From an uncultured Eubacteriales bacterium (lineage in GTDB: Bacteria > Bacillota > Thermincolia > Thermincolales > CAZWUW01), in the NCBI GenBank assembly GCA_964636895.1, contig CAZWUW010000005.1, positions 1 to 59,791 of the forward strand: a stretch of DNA of 59,791 nucleotides. The letters are read 5' to 3'. Positions 28,857 through 39,274 of this stretch are shown piece by piece (position 1 is the first letter of the stretch; each line of letters opens with the position of its first letter). Position numbers and translations under genes: made by a program. The notes beneath the pieces were generated by a model. That model was not told where the DNA came from. It searched no databases and saw only the letters and a program-made list of their open reading frames with translations.

Positions 28857-29729
28857 TCACTCCGGTAATAAGCCAGAAATTTTTGGGATGGCTTTTTCAA
28901 TATCCTGCCGGTATTTCAATAATATATTCAGGGTATCTGCCACCACTTTTTCATCCAGACCAGCTGACCCCAACAGAACCAAAGTACGCGCCCAATCCAG
29001 AGTTTCAGATATACTGGGGGACTTTTTTAAATTCAACTTGCGCAGGGATTGTACAAACTGAACAATTTTACCTGCTAAACGTGCACTGATATCCGGTACC
29101 CGCAGCCGAACAATAGCAATTTCCCGCTCCAACGAGGGATAATCTATATACAGGTGAATACAGCGGCGTTTTAAAGCATCACCAAAATCACGGTAATTGT
29201 TACTGGTGAGAACCACAAAAGGGATGGAACAGGCTTTTACCGTACCCAGTTCGGGAATGGATACCTGGTAATCGGAGAGCGCTTCCAGTAGAAAGCTTTC
29301 AAACTCCTCATCGCTTTTATCCAGTTCATCAACCAGCAACACTACTGTTTCCGGTGCTTTGAGCGCTTTCAGCAGTGGGCGGGCCAGATAAAATTCTTCA
29401 GAAAAAATGCCGACCTTGGTTTCCTCCCAGTTCTTTGCAGTCAGGTGATTGGCCTGGATGCGCAATAACTGTTTCTGGTAATTCCACTCAAATAGTGCTT
29501 TAGACTCGTCCAGGCCTTCGTAACATTGCAGACGAATTATTTGTGTATGCAATGCTCCGGCCACTGCTTTGGCTAACTGAGTTTTTCCGACCCCCGCCGG
29601 TCCTTCTACAAGCAGCGGTTTTTGCAGCCTGGCCGCCAGAAAGACAGCCGTTGCAACCTTGTCATTGACCAGATAATCCTGTTTGGTTAGTTGATTTTTT
29701 ACTTCATTTATTGAATTAAACATACCCAC
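28857..29729 (-). CDS. MoxR-family AAA+ ATPase, CoxD-like
   Basis: EGPAGVGKT, RLQCYEGLD, DELDK, DALKRRC, ETLDWA. Confidence 0.92.
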   Translation of the reverse strand: MGMFNSINEVKNQLTKQDYLVNDKVATAVFLAARLQKPLLVEGPAGVGKTQLAKAVAGALHTQIIRLQCYEGLDESKALFEWNYQKQLLRIQANHLTAKNWEETKVGIFSEEFYLARPLLKALKAPETVVLLVDELDKSDEEFESFLLEALSDYQVSIPELGTVKACSIPFVVLTSNNYRDFGDALKRRCIHLYIDYPSLEREIAIVRLRVPDISARLAGKIVQFVQSLRKLNLKKSPSISETLDWARTLVLLGSAGLDEKVVADTLNILLKYRQDIEKAIPKISGLLPE

Positions 29730-29878
29730 ACCTCATTATTTGCCTTAACAATTCCGACGCACATTAAAAAGGCGCGCTGGCACGAAGCACCGGCGTTAGC
29801 CTTTTTTAAGGCAGGATATAATTATACTTTCCTACCTGCTAAAAACCACTAAACCAAAAGTTTAGTGGTTAATACAAA

Positions 29879-30175
29879 CTAAGATAACTTCCCAGGATCA
29901 AACACAGCCGTATAATGATCCCAATTGCATTCCCCGTCATTGTCCAGCCAGTGCTTAAAATACTCTAGCTTTTCCCTGCAGGGCCGGTACTCCTCGAAAA
30001 TTAAACCCACATCGTGAAAACTGACAAGATTATATAATATTTCTGTTGCTAATTGATCATCCGGTTCGCCCTGGGTGGCTATATAGTCATACGCCCAGTC
30101 GGAGACCTGCTCTTGGGTGAGCTCCCCGACCAGATACTGGTCGAGCACCATGCGCAAGGTATCTCTGGTGATCAT
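29879..30175 (-). CDS. hypothetical protein
   Basis: 98-aa ORF with GGAGGTG RBS and downstream hairpin. Confidence 0.7.
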   Translation of the reverse strand: MITRDTLRMVLDQYLVGELTQEQVSDWAYDYIATQGEPDDQLATEILYNLVSFHDVGLIFEEYRPCREKLEYFKHWLDNDGECNWDHYTAVFDPGKLS

Positions 30176-30229
30176 ACTAACACCTCCGTTTTTACGCCAT
30201 GATAATTATTACAACAGCCTCATTGCCTG

Positions 30230-31711
<1,482 letters not shown>

Positions 31712-31770
31712 TTATATTCTTATAATTATAGCACAGCATATTTAAATTAACTATGTAAAAAATATAATTT

Positions 31771-32160
31771 TTATTTAAAATAAAAATATATCTGACCATT
31801 GTCAATCCATTTGCGTAGTTTTTTCTTTAAAAATTCCCTGATTACTAAACGGGTTGGCGACAATAATACAAATAAACCGGCTATATCAGTGATTAATCCC
31901 GGCGCAAGGAGCAGTAAGCCGCCGGCCAGCACAAGCAATCCTTCAATCACTTCATTGCCGGGAATACGGCCTGCGGCCAATTCAACACGCACCCGCTGAA
32001 TAATCTGGAAGCCCTGAGTACGGGCCATGAAAGCACCGGCAATACCGGTACCAAAAATCAGGGCCAAGGTTGCCCATAATCCAATGAATTGACCCAACTG
32101 TATATAAATAATTACCTCTGTTACCGGAACGAGAATAAATAGAAGTAAAAGTTTACTCAA
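31771..32160 (-). CDS. fxsA: FxsA family membrane protein
   Basis: LFILVP..E, GRIPG, GGLLLLAPG.ITD. Confidence 0.9.
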   Translation of the reverse strand: MSKLLLLFILVPVTEVIIYIQLGQFIGLWATLALIFGTGIAGAFMARTQGFQIIQRVRVELAAGRIPGNEVIEGLLVLAGGLLLLAPGLITDIAGLFVLLSPTRLVIREFLKKKLRKWIDNGQIYFYFK

Positions 32161-32323
32161 AACACATCTCCCCCTTTGCTCCTAGATTCGATATTGTTAT
32201 CAGGATTCCTTTTAAAACAGCAAGGTTCTTTGTTAATTTTCACAGTATTCCCGTGATTATACCAAAAAACTGTTATATTAGCACCCATAATGGAGACAAT
32301 ACCAAAAAAGGGGGGGAAAAACT

Positions 32324-32533
32324 ATGGCCGACACAAAAAAACGGCAACAAAAAAATGAGCGCACGCCTAATATCAGTGTCCACTATTATACAGACCCCAT
32401 TTATGGCAGTGGCTCAATTTACGGATTTGAAGAATACGCAGAAGATAGCAACACCGATAAATGCAAGCAGGATAAGGGAGATGCCCTGGATGAACCGTTG
32501 GAAAGCTGGGGCTGGGTTAATAATGTGGATTAA
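32324..32533 (+). CDS. hypothetical small acidic protein
   Basis: 69 aa with AAGGGGGG RBS. Confidence 0.55.
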   Translation: MADTKKRQQKNERTPNISVHYYTDPIYGSGSIYGFEEYAEDSNTDKCKQDKGDALDEPLESWGWVNNVD

Positions 32534-32543
32534 GACGTGTGTC

Positions 32544-32768
32544 TTAATCCTGGCCCACTGTCGAACCTAACCCCTTCCTTTCAAAATGATCCCGCAAATA
32601 GTAAATGGTTTTTTCCGTAACGCCAAAATCGTTGGCAATTTCCATATCCGACTTTTGATTTTTCAGACCTTCGATAAAGCGGTCAAAATCGATGCCTACC
32701 TCATCTGTCATCTCCTTCAAACTTGGGCCGGCAGACCATGGCACCCGGCTGCGCAAAAATTCTTCCAC
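32544..32768 (-). CDS. small protein with HTH-like segment
   Basis: AGGAGG RBS; SDMEIANDFGVTEKTIYYLR. Confidence 0.65.
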   Translation of the reverse strand: MEEFLRSRVPWSAGPSLKEMTDEVGIDFDRFIEGLKNQKSDMEIANDFGVTEKTIYYLRDHFERKGLGSTVGQD

Positions 32769-33015
32769 TATAGTTTTCCCTCCTGTACTGTTTTTCTTAT
32801 TTTAACCAAACAGCAGGGAAAATAACCATTACCAAAATCCACCTGATGACAAGCCTGTCCTTATCAAGTATAATAGCCCTTAGCTTCTTACAAAATAAAC
32901 GCGCATTTCTGCTGCACCGCATAAGAAATGGTAAGATTTACTTGCAGGTATAAGTAGAGAAATGTCGTAATTTACGTAATAAGACAAGTTTATATTAAGT
33001 TTCAGTCACCTGTAT

Positions 33016-33122
33016 ATCGCTTAATTCATTTGAAACGGGGGAACCAAGTTCCTGGGGTGAAGCCATCTAATGGCCGGGCTATTCTTCATGTCCGAACCCG
33101 TCAGCTAACCTCGTAAGCGTTC
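33016..33122 (+). ncRNA. cyclic di-AMP (ydaO/yuaA) riboswitch
   Basis: CGGGGGAACC...GGGGTGAA...CCGAACCCGTCAGCTAACCTCGTAAGCG consensus segments. Confidence 0.9.
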
Positions 33123-33187
33123 TGAAGGGAGGTGTTTTTTGCTTTCGTGCCGCAGTTAATAAATATATGTCGAAAGGAGCACCAAAA

Positions 33188-33916
33188 ATGCGTACTAGAA
33201 AATTATTGTCTCTGTTCGTGGTTACCCTGATGCTGTTTGCTACCGTTATAACTCCTGTCCAGGCGGCAGGTGTGTATGATAATACGAGGGCTTTATCCAA
33301 CCCCAGTTACGTTTCAGTGATGGATCTTGTAAAACAGATTCAGAGCGGTCAGACCGCACCGGCACCGACTCCTGACACTAAACCTGAAACCGCGCCCCCG
33401 GTAACCCCACCTGTTACTCAACCAGAAAAGCCGCCTGTAACTCAACCTACCCAACCTACCCAACCTGCCACGCAACCCGAAACTCAGCCAACAACCCAGC
33501 CTGCAGCCCCGGAACAACAGGCTGTCTCTAATATTAGTGCTTTCGAAATGAAAGTAATAGAACTGGTTAATAAAGAAAGAACCAGTCGTGGGCTTAAAGC
33601 ACTTAAAGCCGATGTACCGCTGACCAAAGGTGCCCGGCTGAAGTCTCAAGATATGCGGGACAACCGTTACTTCAGTCACACCTCGCCAAAATACGGTTCA
33701 CCCTTTAAAATGATGTCTACTCTGGGCATCAAATGGCGGGCAGCCGGTGAAAACATCGCCTCCGGCTACCGCACACCGGAATCTGTGGTCAAAGGTTGGA
33801 TGAACAGCCCGGGCCACAAGGCAAATATCCTCAGCACCAAATGGAGTAAAATTGGCGTAGGCTATGCTAAAGGCGGCAAGTCCGGCCACTATTGGACCCA
33901 GTGGTTCACAAACTAA
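33188..33916 (+). CDS. secreted CAP/SCP domain protein (YkwD-like) with P/T/Q-rich linker
   Basis: Signal peptide; LVNKER, YFSHTSP, AGENIA, WMNSPGH.ANIL, YWTQWF. Confidence 0.9.
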   Translation: MRTRKLLSLFVVTLMLFATVITPVQAAGVYDNTRALSNPSYVSVMDLVKQIQSGQTAPAPTPDTKPETAPPVTPPVTQPEKPPVTQPTQPTQPATQPETQPTTQPAAPEQQAVSNISAFEMKVIELVNKERTSRGLKALKADVPLTKGARLKSQDMRDNRYFSHTSPKYGSPFKMMSTLGIKWRAAGENIASGYRTPESVVKGWMNSPGHKANILSTKWSKIGVGYAKGGKSGHYWTQWFTN

Positions 33917-33953
33917 GCTTTAACTCTATAGATAGCGCCCATACCGGGCGCAT

Positions 33954-33995
33954 AATACAAAACGCAGGTACGTTTCCGTACCTGCGTTTTGTATT
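33954..33995. terminator. bidirectional intrinsic terminator
   Basis: AATACAAAACGCAGGTACG/CGTACCTGCGTTTTGTATT. Confidence 0.85.
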
Positions 33996-35701
33996 TAAAC
34001 AAACAAATCAACCATGTTAAAGCTTTTTACATCCACCAAGCCTTTATCGGTAATTTTGAGATCCGGTATCACCGGCAAAGCTAAGAAAGCCATCGTCATA
34101 AAAGGTGCCTGCAGCTTACAGCCCATATTTTTCGCCGCTGCATGCAGGTTCTTGACTCTGGCCGCCACTTCAGTAGCCGCTAGGTCAGACATCAAACCGG
34201 CTATGGGCAGGGGCAATATCGCTTTAACCTCACCGCGGTCAACCACCACTTGACCGCCGCCGGTTTCTATCAGCTTATTAACCGCCAATTCCATATCCTC
34301 ATCAGCAATACCCACCACGACTATATTATGGCAGTCATGAGCTACCGTCGAGGCCAGCGCACCCGACTTCAGCCCAAAACCCCGAACCAGCCCCACACCT
34401 ACCCGGCCGGTGCCATGGTAACGTTCAACCACCGCAATTTTTAGAATATCCTGAACAATATCTGCCCCGATTTCACCATTTTTCTCTTTTACCGGCAAGC
34501 TATTACTACCACTAACGATTTGCCCCGGGATTACTTCTATCACCCTGGCCTTATCGCCTCTGGCCGTGATTTTAAAAGGCTCTGATGACAATTTAACATT
34601 CATGACCAAAACTGCCGGCAATTCATCCGGCTGCCCCTCCTGCAGGTATTTGCCTTTTTCAGCCACCAGTTGGCCCTTGCTGAACACATAATAAGGCCGG
34701 AAGCTTTCTAAGTTTTCCAGTACAACCAGGTCGGCCCTGTAACCCGGAGCAACAGCACCCAAATTACGCAAACCGAAATATTCGGCCGGATTGATGGTGG
34801 CCATACGGATTGCGGTTACCGGATCCAAGCCATAGTTGACTGCCCGCCGCAGTATATAATTCATGTGACCCTGTTCCAGCAAGTCTTTGGTATGCAAGTC
34901 ATCTGATACAAACATACAACGACGGGAGTTTTGCTCAGTAATAACTGGCAACAGGTCTGCCAGGTTCTTCGCCGTTGAGCCGTACCTGATCATCAGGAAC
35001 ATACCTGCCCGCAGTTTTTCCATAGCTTCTTTAACGGTAGTCACTTCATGCTCTGACCGGATACCGGCCCCTATATATGCATAGAGTTGTTTACCGGTAA
35101 GCCCGGGAGCATGCCCGTCAACTAGGATTTTATGATTAATGGCCAGTTTCTCCAATACTTCCGGTCTTCCCTGCACCACCCCGGGATAATTCATCATCTC
35201 AGCCAGTCCCAGTACCCGCTCATGAGCCAGCAGGCTTTTTATCTCCGCCGGCCCTATCACCGCCCCGGACGTTTCCATATCTGTTGCCGGCACACTCGAC
35301 GGAGCCATCACATAAGCGTTTAGCGGCAGTTTTTCTGTCGTTGCGAGTATATATTGAATACCGGAAACCCCCAGCACGTTGGCGATTTCATGCGGGTCAC
35401 AGACAACAGACCCTGTCCCGTTCGGAACTACCAGCCGGGCATATTCCGGCGGTGAAACCATGGAGCTCTCGATATGCACATGCCCGTCAATAAAACTAGG
35501 GGTTACAAACATTCCTCTGAGGTCAATAATTTCTTTGGCCCGGTAGTCTCCAAAACCCACTATTGTTCCTTGCCAAACGGCAATATTGACCATTATTATT
35601 TCACCGGTAAAAACATTAACCAACCTGGCGTTCTTTAACACCAGGTCGGCTTCACCGTCACCACGGGCAACCCGTAAAAACTCTTGTAAGGCCGTTATCA
35701 T
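33995..35701 (-). CDS. ade: adenine deaminase
   Basis: IDGHVHIESS, DPHEIANV.G, EMMN.PGV, DGHAP, STVAHD.HN, LALPVIP. Confidence 0.95.
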   Translation of the reverse strand: MITALQEFLRVARGDGEADLVLKNARLVNVFTGEIIMVNIAVWQGTIVGFGDYRAKEIIDLRGMFVTPSFIDGHVHIESSMVSPPEYARLVVPNGTGSVVCDPHEIANVLGVSGIQYILATTEKLPLNAYVMAPSSVPATDMETSGAVIGPAEIKSLLAHERVLGLAEMMNYPGVVQGRPEVLEKLAINHKILVDGHAPGLTGKQLYAYIGAGIRSEHEVTTVKEAMEKLRAGMFLMIRYGSTAKNLADLLPVITEQNSRRCMFVSDDLHTKDLLEQGHMNYILRRAVNYGLDPVTAIRMATINPAEYFGLRNLGAVAPGYRADLVVLENLESFRPYYVFSKGQLVAEKGKYLQEGQPDELPAVLVMNVKLSSEPFKITARGDKARVIEVIPGQIVSGSNSLPVKEKNGEIGADIVQDILKIAVVERYHGTGRVGVGLVRGFGLKSGALASTVAHDCHNIVVVGIADEDMELAVNKLIETGGGQVVVDRGEVKAILPLPIAGLMSDLAATEVAARVKNLHAAAKNMGCKLQAPFMTMAFLALPVIPDLKITDKGLVDVKSFNMVDLFV

Positions 35702-35739
35702 AGGTACCTCCTGAGTAAGCGGCACCAAACCGGTGCCCC

Positions 35740-36030
35740 TTAACGGTAATACTCCCGCACAATGTATTCAGGTATTCCGGCAATAAACCTTTCCAGCAAA
35801 AACATGATTACCGTTAAATCGTCCAACTGTCCTACGATGGGAAAGAAATCACTGATTAAATCTGTTGGCAACAAAAAATAAAACAGTGCTCCTCCGGGAA
35901 AGACTGCTTTTTGCCACCATGGCACACGATTATCCCAGACCAAACGCCATACCAGCGGTATAGACTTGGGCAGGTTTAACAGCATTTTCAGGCGGCCTGT
36001 TACAGAAGGATCAAAATAAACCATGGTCAT
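35740..36030 (-). CDS. DUF1232 (YkvA) family membrane protein
   Basis: D.RVPW..K, Y...P.DLI.DF.P..GQLDD. Confidence 0.85.
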   Translation of the reverse strand: MTMVYFDPSVTGRLKMLLNLPKSIPLVWRLVWDNRVPWWQKAVFPGGALFYFLLPTDLISDFFPIVGQLDDLTVIMFLLERFIAGIPEYIVREYYR

Positions 36031-36043
36031 TCACCTCTTACCG

Positions 36044-36670
36044 CTATTCTATGCACCTGAGATGGCCGGTGTCATTCAACAGACAAATAATTGCCCGGTC
36101 ATGATCATAAATCTCGATAATATTAACTGCTACATTATCCTGCTTGAACTTCCAGTAGCCTTTCAGGTCAACACCCAGTAAGGTGCCCACCACCACCCTG
36201 ATGATGCCGCCATGGACGGCAACCAGCACGGTCTGATCCCTGTGTCCGGCAACAATCCGGTTAATCCCGGCCATACTACGGTCAGCCACTTCCTGCAAGG
36301 ATTCTCCTCCCGGGATACGATGTGCCAGTGGGTCATCACGCCACTTTTTCATATCTTCATAATAATCTTTGACAATTTCTTTATAAGTCAGACCTTCCCA
36401 CAGGCCAAAATTGGTTTCCCGCAATTCTGGCAGCGGATAAACTTCCCGGCCATGCGGGCTGGCCACAATTTGGGCGGTCTCTAATGCCCGGGACAGGTCG
36501 CTGGCATAAAAAGCGTCAATCTTATCGCCGGCCAGGCGGTCTGCCAGTTTCTGAGCCTGCGCCCGCCCGATATCACTCAGTGGAATATCACGGTGACCTT
36601 GATAACGCAACGCTTTATTCCATTCCGTCTCCCCGTGCCGAACCAGGATAAGTTTAGTCATGTAAGACAA
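36044..36670 (-). CDS. cobC: alpha-ribazole phosphatase (histidine phosphatase)
   Basis: RHGET, SDL.RA, E..FG.WEG, HGG; cob operon context. Confidence 0.85.
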   Translation of the reverse strand: MSYMTKLILVRHGETEWNKALRYQGHRDIPLSDIGRAQAQKLADRLAGDKIDAFYASDLSRALETAQIVASPHGREVYPLPELRETNFGLWEGLTYKEIVKDYYEDMKKWRDDPLAHRIPGGESLQEVADRSMAGINRIVAGHRDQTVLVAVHGGIIRVVVGTLLGVDLKGYWKFKQDNVAVNIIEIYDHDRAIICLLNDTGHLRCIE

Positions 36671-36674
36671 TTAT

Positions 36675-37766
36675 TCATTCACTCCCTATAACTGATAATG
36701 CTGCCAGCAGCCGCTGGTTTTCCGCCCTGGAGCGTACAGCCACTCTAATATAGTAAGGGTCAAGATTCTTATAGGAACTGCAGTCCCTGATCAAAATACC
36801 CCGGCGGCCCAATCTGTCGGTTAGTTCCGCTGCAGTACACCCGGTACCACGGATATCTATGAATATATAATTAACTGTGGGCGGAAAAGATTTGAAACCG
36901 GCTATGCGGCCTAATTGTTCAAACAAAAACTGTTTTTCCTGTTGGATATATGCTATGCTCCGCTGTATGTGTTCTTCGTCCTGCAAAGAAACAACTCCTG
37001 CCACCTGAGCAAAACAATTGACATTCCAGGGGTCTTTATATGTTTTAAGCTGCTTTACCAGTTCCTGGCTGCCCATGGCAGCGCCTAATCTTAAGCCGGG
37101 GATGGCAAAAAACTTGGTCAAGGAGTATAAAATAAAAAGGTTCGGGAAGTCCCGAAGTAAGGAAACGGTAGAATACTTATCTCTTTCCGCTACAAAGTCT
37201 ATAAAAGCTTCGTCTACCACCACCATAATGTCCTGTGACTTGGCAGCCTGTAAAACTCTAATCATTTCATCTTTATTGAGCAAAGTCCCGGTAGGGTTAT
37301 TGGGATTACATAGCATAACCATTTGTACACCCGGCAGCAAAGCTGTTATTTCATCAGCCGAAAAATGAAAGCCTTTTTCTGCCGACAAAGGATAGTCCAT
37401 AACCGTTCCCCCGCCGGTAACCACAGCAATTTCATACTCACCGAAGGTCGGCTGCGGGAGTAAAACTTTTTTCGGCTGCAACACCTTCACCAGCAAATAT
37501 ATAAGCTCTACCGCCCCATTACCTGTGATAATATGTTCTGGCGCAAGATGCAGGTAACCGGCCAGTGTTTTAATCAATTCTGTGCAATCCGGATCCGGAT
37601 AATGAACCATTTGGGGTATGGCTGCATGAATCGCCCTAGCCACCAGTGGCGAAGGCCCCAACGGATTAATGTTGGCGCTAAAATCAATGATCTCCGCCGG
37701 TGCTAACCCATACTTTGCTGCTGCTGCCTGAATGTTTCCACCATGTATGTGTTGTAAGGCCGCCAA
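36675..37766 (-). CDS. cobD: L-threonine-O-3-phosphate decarboxylase
   Basis: HGGN, DFSANINPLG, NPNNPTG, SLTKFFAIPGLRLG; probable TTG start 37766. Confidence 0.9.
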   Translation of the reverse strand: MAALQHIHGGNIQAAAAKYGLAPAEIIDFSANINPLGPSPLVARAIHAAIPQMVHYPDPDCTELIKTLAGYLHLAPEHIITGNGAVELIYLLVKVLQPKKVLLPQPTFGEYEIAVVTGGGTVMDYPLSAEKGFHFSADEITALLPGVQMVMLCNPNNPTGTLLNKDEMIRVLQAAKSQDIMVVVDEAFIDFVAERDKYSTVSLLRDFPNLFILYSLTKFFAIPGLRLGAAMGSQELVKQLKTYKDPWNVNCFAQVAGVVSLQDEEHIQRSIAYIQQEKQFLFEQLGRIAGFKSFPPTVNYIFIDIRGTGCTAAELTDRLGRRGILIRDCSSYKNLDPYYIRVAVRSRAENQRLLAALSVIGSE

Positions 37767-38662
37767 AAGCTTTCCCCTCTTTCTGCTGCCGGAATTTCCG
37801 CTCCACCACCTATTAAAGAACAATCAATCAATTGAAAAGCCTTGTTATACATTAATAGTTTTTCCAGCAGGGCTGCTTTGTCAGTCAAATCCCGGTTATA
37901 TAAAATCCCCAAGACCGTTCCACTGTGCGCCGTATTAACCCCCAACGCATCAAAAGCCCTGGCGATGGCAATGATTTCATCCAGTTCCGGTTTATTAATA
38001 GTCTGCTGGTTAGCCAGAGCGCTCATTGTAGCTGCCTGCCCGATTTTATGCGCATCCCCTGTAGTCAGGCCTTCCTCCATGACTTTGAGAGCCTGGCGAA
38101 TAGTCTTTTCCTTTTGCCGGTTTAATGCCGGTAAATTGCCCCGGGCATTAAACTCCCCCGTGTCAACCGTCCCGCCGGTATCAATTACCATTATATTTAT
38201 TTCCGGCGGCTTGGCCATTTGACGATAATTTTTTCCGGCCACATGGTCAAACAAAACCAACCCGGGAAACATCAGGCCGTCCGTCGGCTCAATTGATAAC
38301 GCAATACGGGCAATATCCGCAGGCGCGATAAATTTTCCGACCGCTTCGGACGCAGCAACACAGGCGGCAGTTATGTCGGCGGTACTGCTGGCCATACCTT
38401 TGCCCACCGGTAAAGCAGATTGCACCCATGCTTCCGCCCCGCAATTTGGCAGACCCCAAAAAGCCAGTGTTTTGGCAATTGCCGCCTGTACCTTGCTGTA
38501 AGGTTGATTAACTGTAATGTCAGACTGACCCGGCTTTAATATAACCTCAACAGTAGAGTATAAATTGACCGGACAGGTAACATGTATATGCATATCGTTG
38601 AGCGTTCCCTGTAATAATTCGCCACATGTTCCCGGCGCCCTGGCCACACCCCGCATAATCAT
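37703..38662 (-). CDS. pduX: L-threonine kinase (GHMP family)
   Basis: PGTCGEL.QG, GKGMASSTAD, IEPTDG, AHSGT. Confidence 0.9.
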   Translation of the reverse strand: MIMRGVARAPGTCGELLQGTLNDMHIHVTCPVNLYSTVEVILKPGQSDITVNQPYSKVQAAIAKTLAFWGLPNCGAEAWVQSALPVGKGMASSTADITAACVAASEAVGKFIAPADIARIALSIEPTDGLMFPGLVLFDHVAGKNYRQMAKPPEINIMVIDTGGTVDTGEFNARGNLPALNRQKEKTIRQALKVMEEGLTTGDAHKIGQAATMSALANQQTINKPELDEIIAIARAFDALGVNTAHSGTVLGILYNRDLTDKAALLEKLLMYNKAFQLIDCSLIGGGAEIPAAERGESFWRPYNTYMVETFRQQQQSMG

Positions 38663-38680
38663 CCCCGCCTTCTTGAAAAG

Positions 38681-39274
38681 CTAATATTCAACTCCGCGCC
38701 TGCTGGCAATACCTTTTTTATAGGGATGTTTGATTTCCGTCATTTCAGTAACCAAATCAGCCAACTGCAATATTTCTTCCGGAATACCGCGGCCGGTCAA
38801 TACTAATTCCATTTTTGCCGGTTTCAATTTAATTAAATCTATTACCTGTTCAACGGTTACCAGCTTGTAACGCAGCGTATTTCCGATTTCATCCAGAATC
38901 ATCATGTCACAAGCCTCTGCCAGCATGTAATCCCGGGCTTCCTGCAAAGCAAAGCCGGTGTATTCCAAATCTTCCAGGTCTGCTCCCCGGTCTTTAATGA
39001 AGCAGTCGCCACAGGCATTACATTTTTTATAACCCTGCTTAATCAGTGAACCGATGCGGCAGCCGCGACCAAACTGGCTAATAGTAAACAGCGGTGACAG
39101 TTTATTAGCCGCCGTAAGTTCACCGGCATAACTGCGCCCTTTCATAAACTGAATCATATGCACGCGGAAGCCATGCCCGGCCGCCCGAAAGCCCAGACCC
39201 AGGGCGGCCGTAGTTTTCCCCTTACCCTTCCCGGTGTAAACATGGATTAACCCTAATTCATTTATTATCGGCAT
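38681..39274 (-). CDS. cobO: cob(I)yrinic acid a,c-diamide adenosyltransferase (CobA/CobO/BtuR)
   Basis: YTGKGKGKTTAALG, QFMKG, LDEI, LTGR, KHPY..G. Confidence 0.9.
   Translation of the reverse strand: MPIINELGLIHVYTGKGKGKTTAALGLGFRAAGHGFRVHMIQFMKGRSYAGELTAANKLSPLFTISQFGRGCRIGSLIKQGYKKCNACGDCFIKDRGADLEDLEYTGFALQEARDYMLAEACDMMILDEIGNTLRYKLVTVEQVIDLIKLKPAKMELVLTGRGIPEEILQLADLVTEMTEIKHPYKKGIASRRGVEY

Noticed and set aside
33355-33515. Short tandem repeats as CRISPR or VNTR element
   Set aside because: In-frame Pro/Thr/Gln linker coding; no spacer structure or cas genes
37703-37766. 64-nt pduX/cobD overlap as a frameshifted fusion
   Set aside because: Both proteins are complete and cobD has its own RBS and TTG
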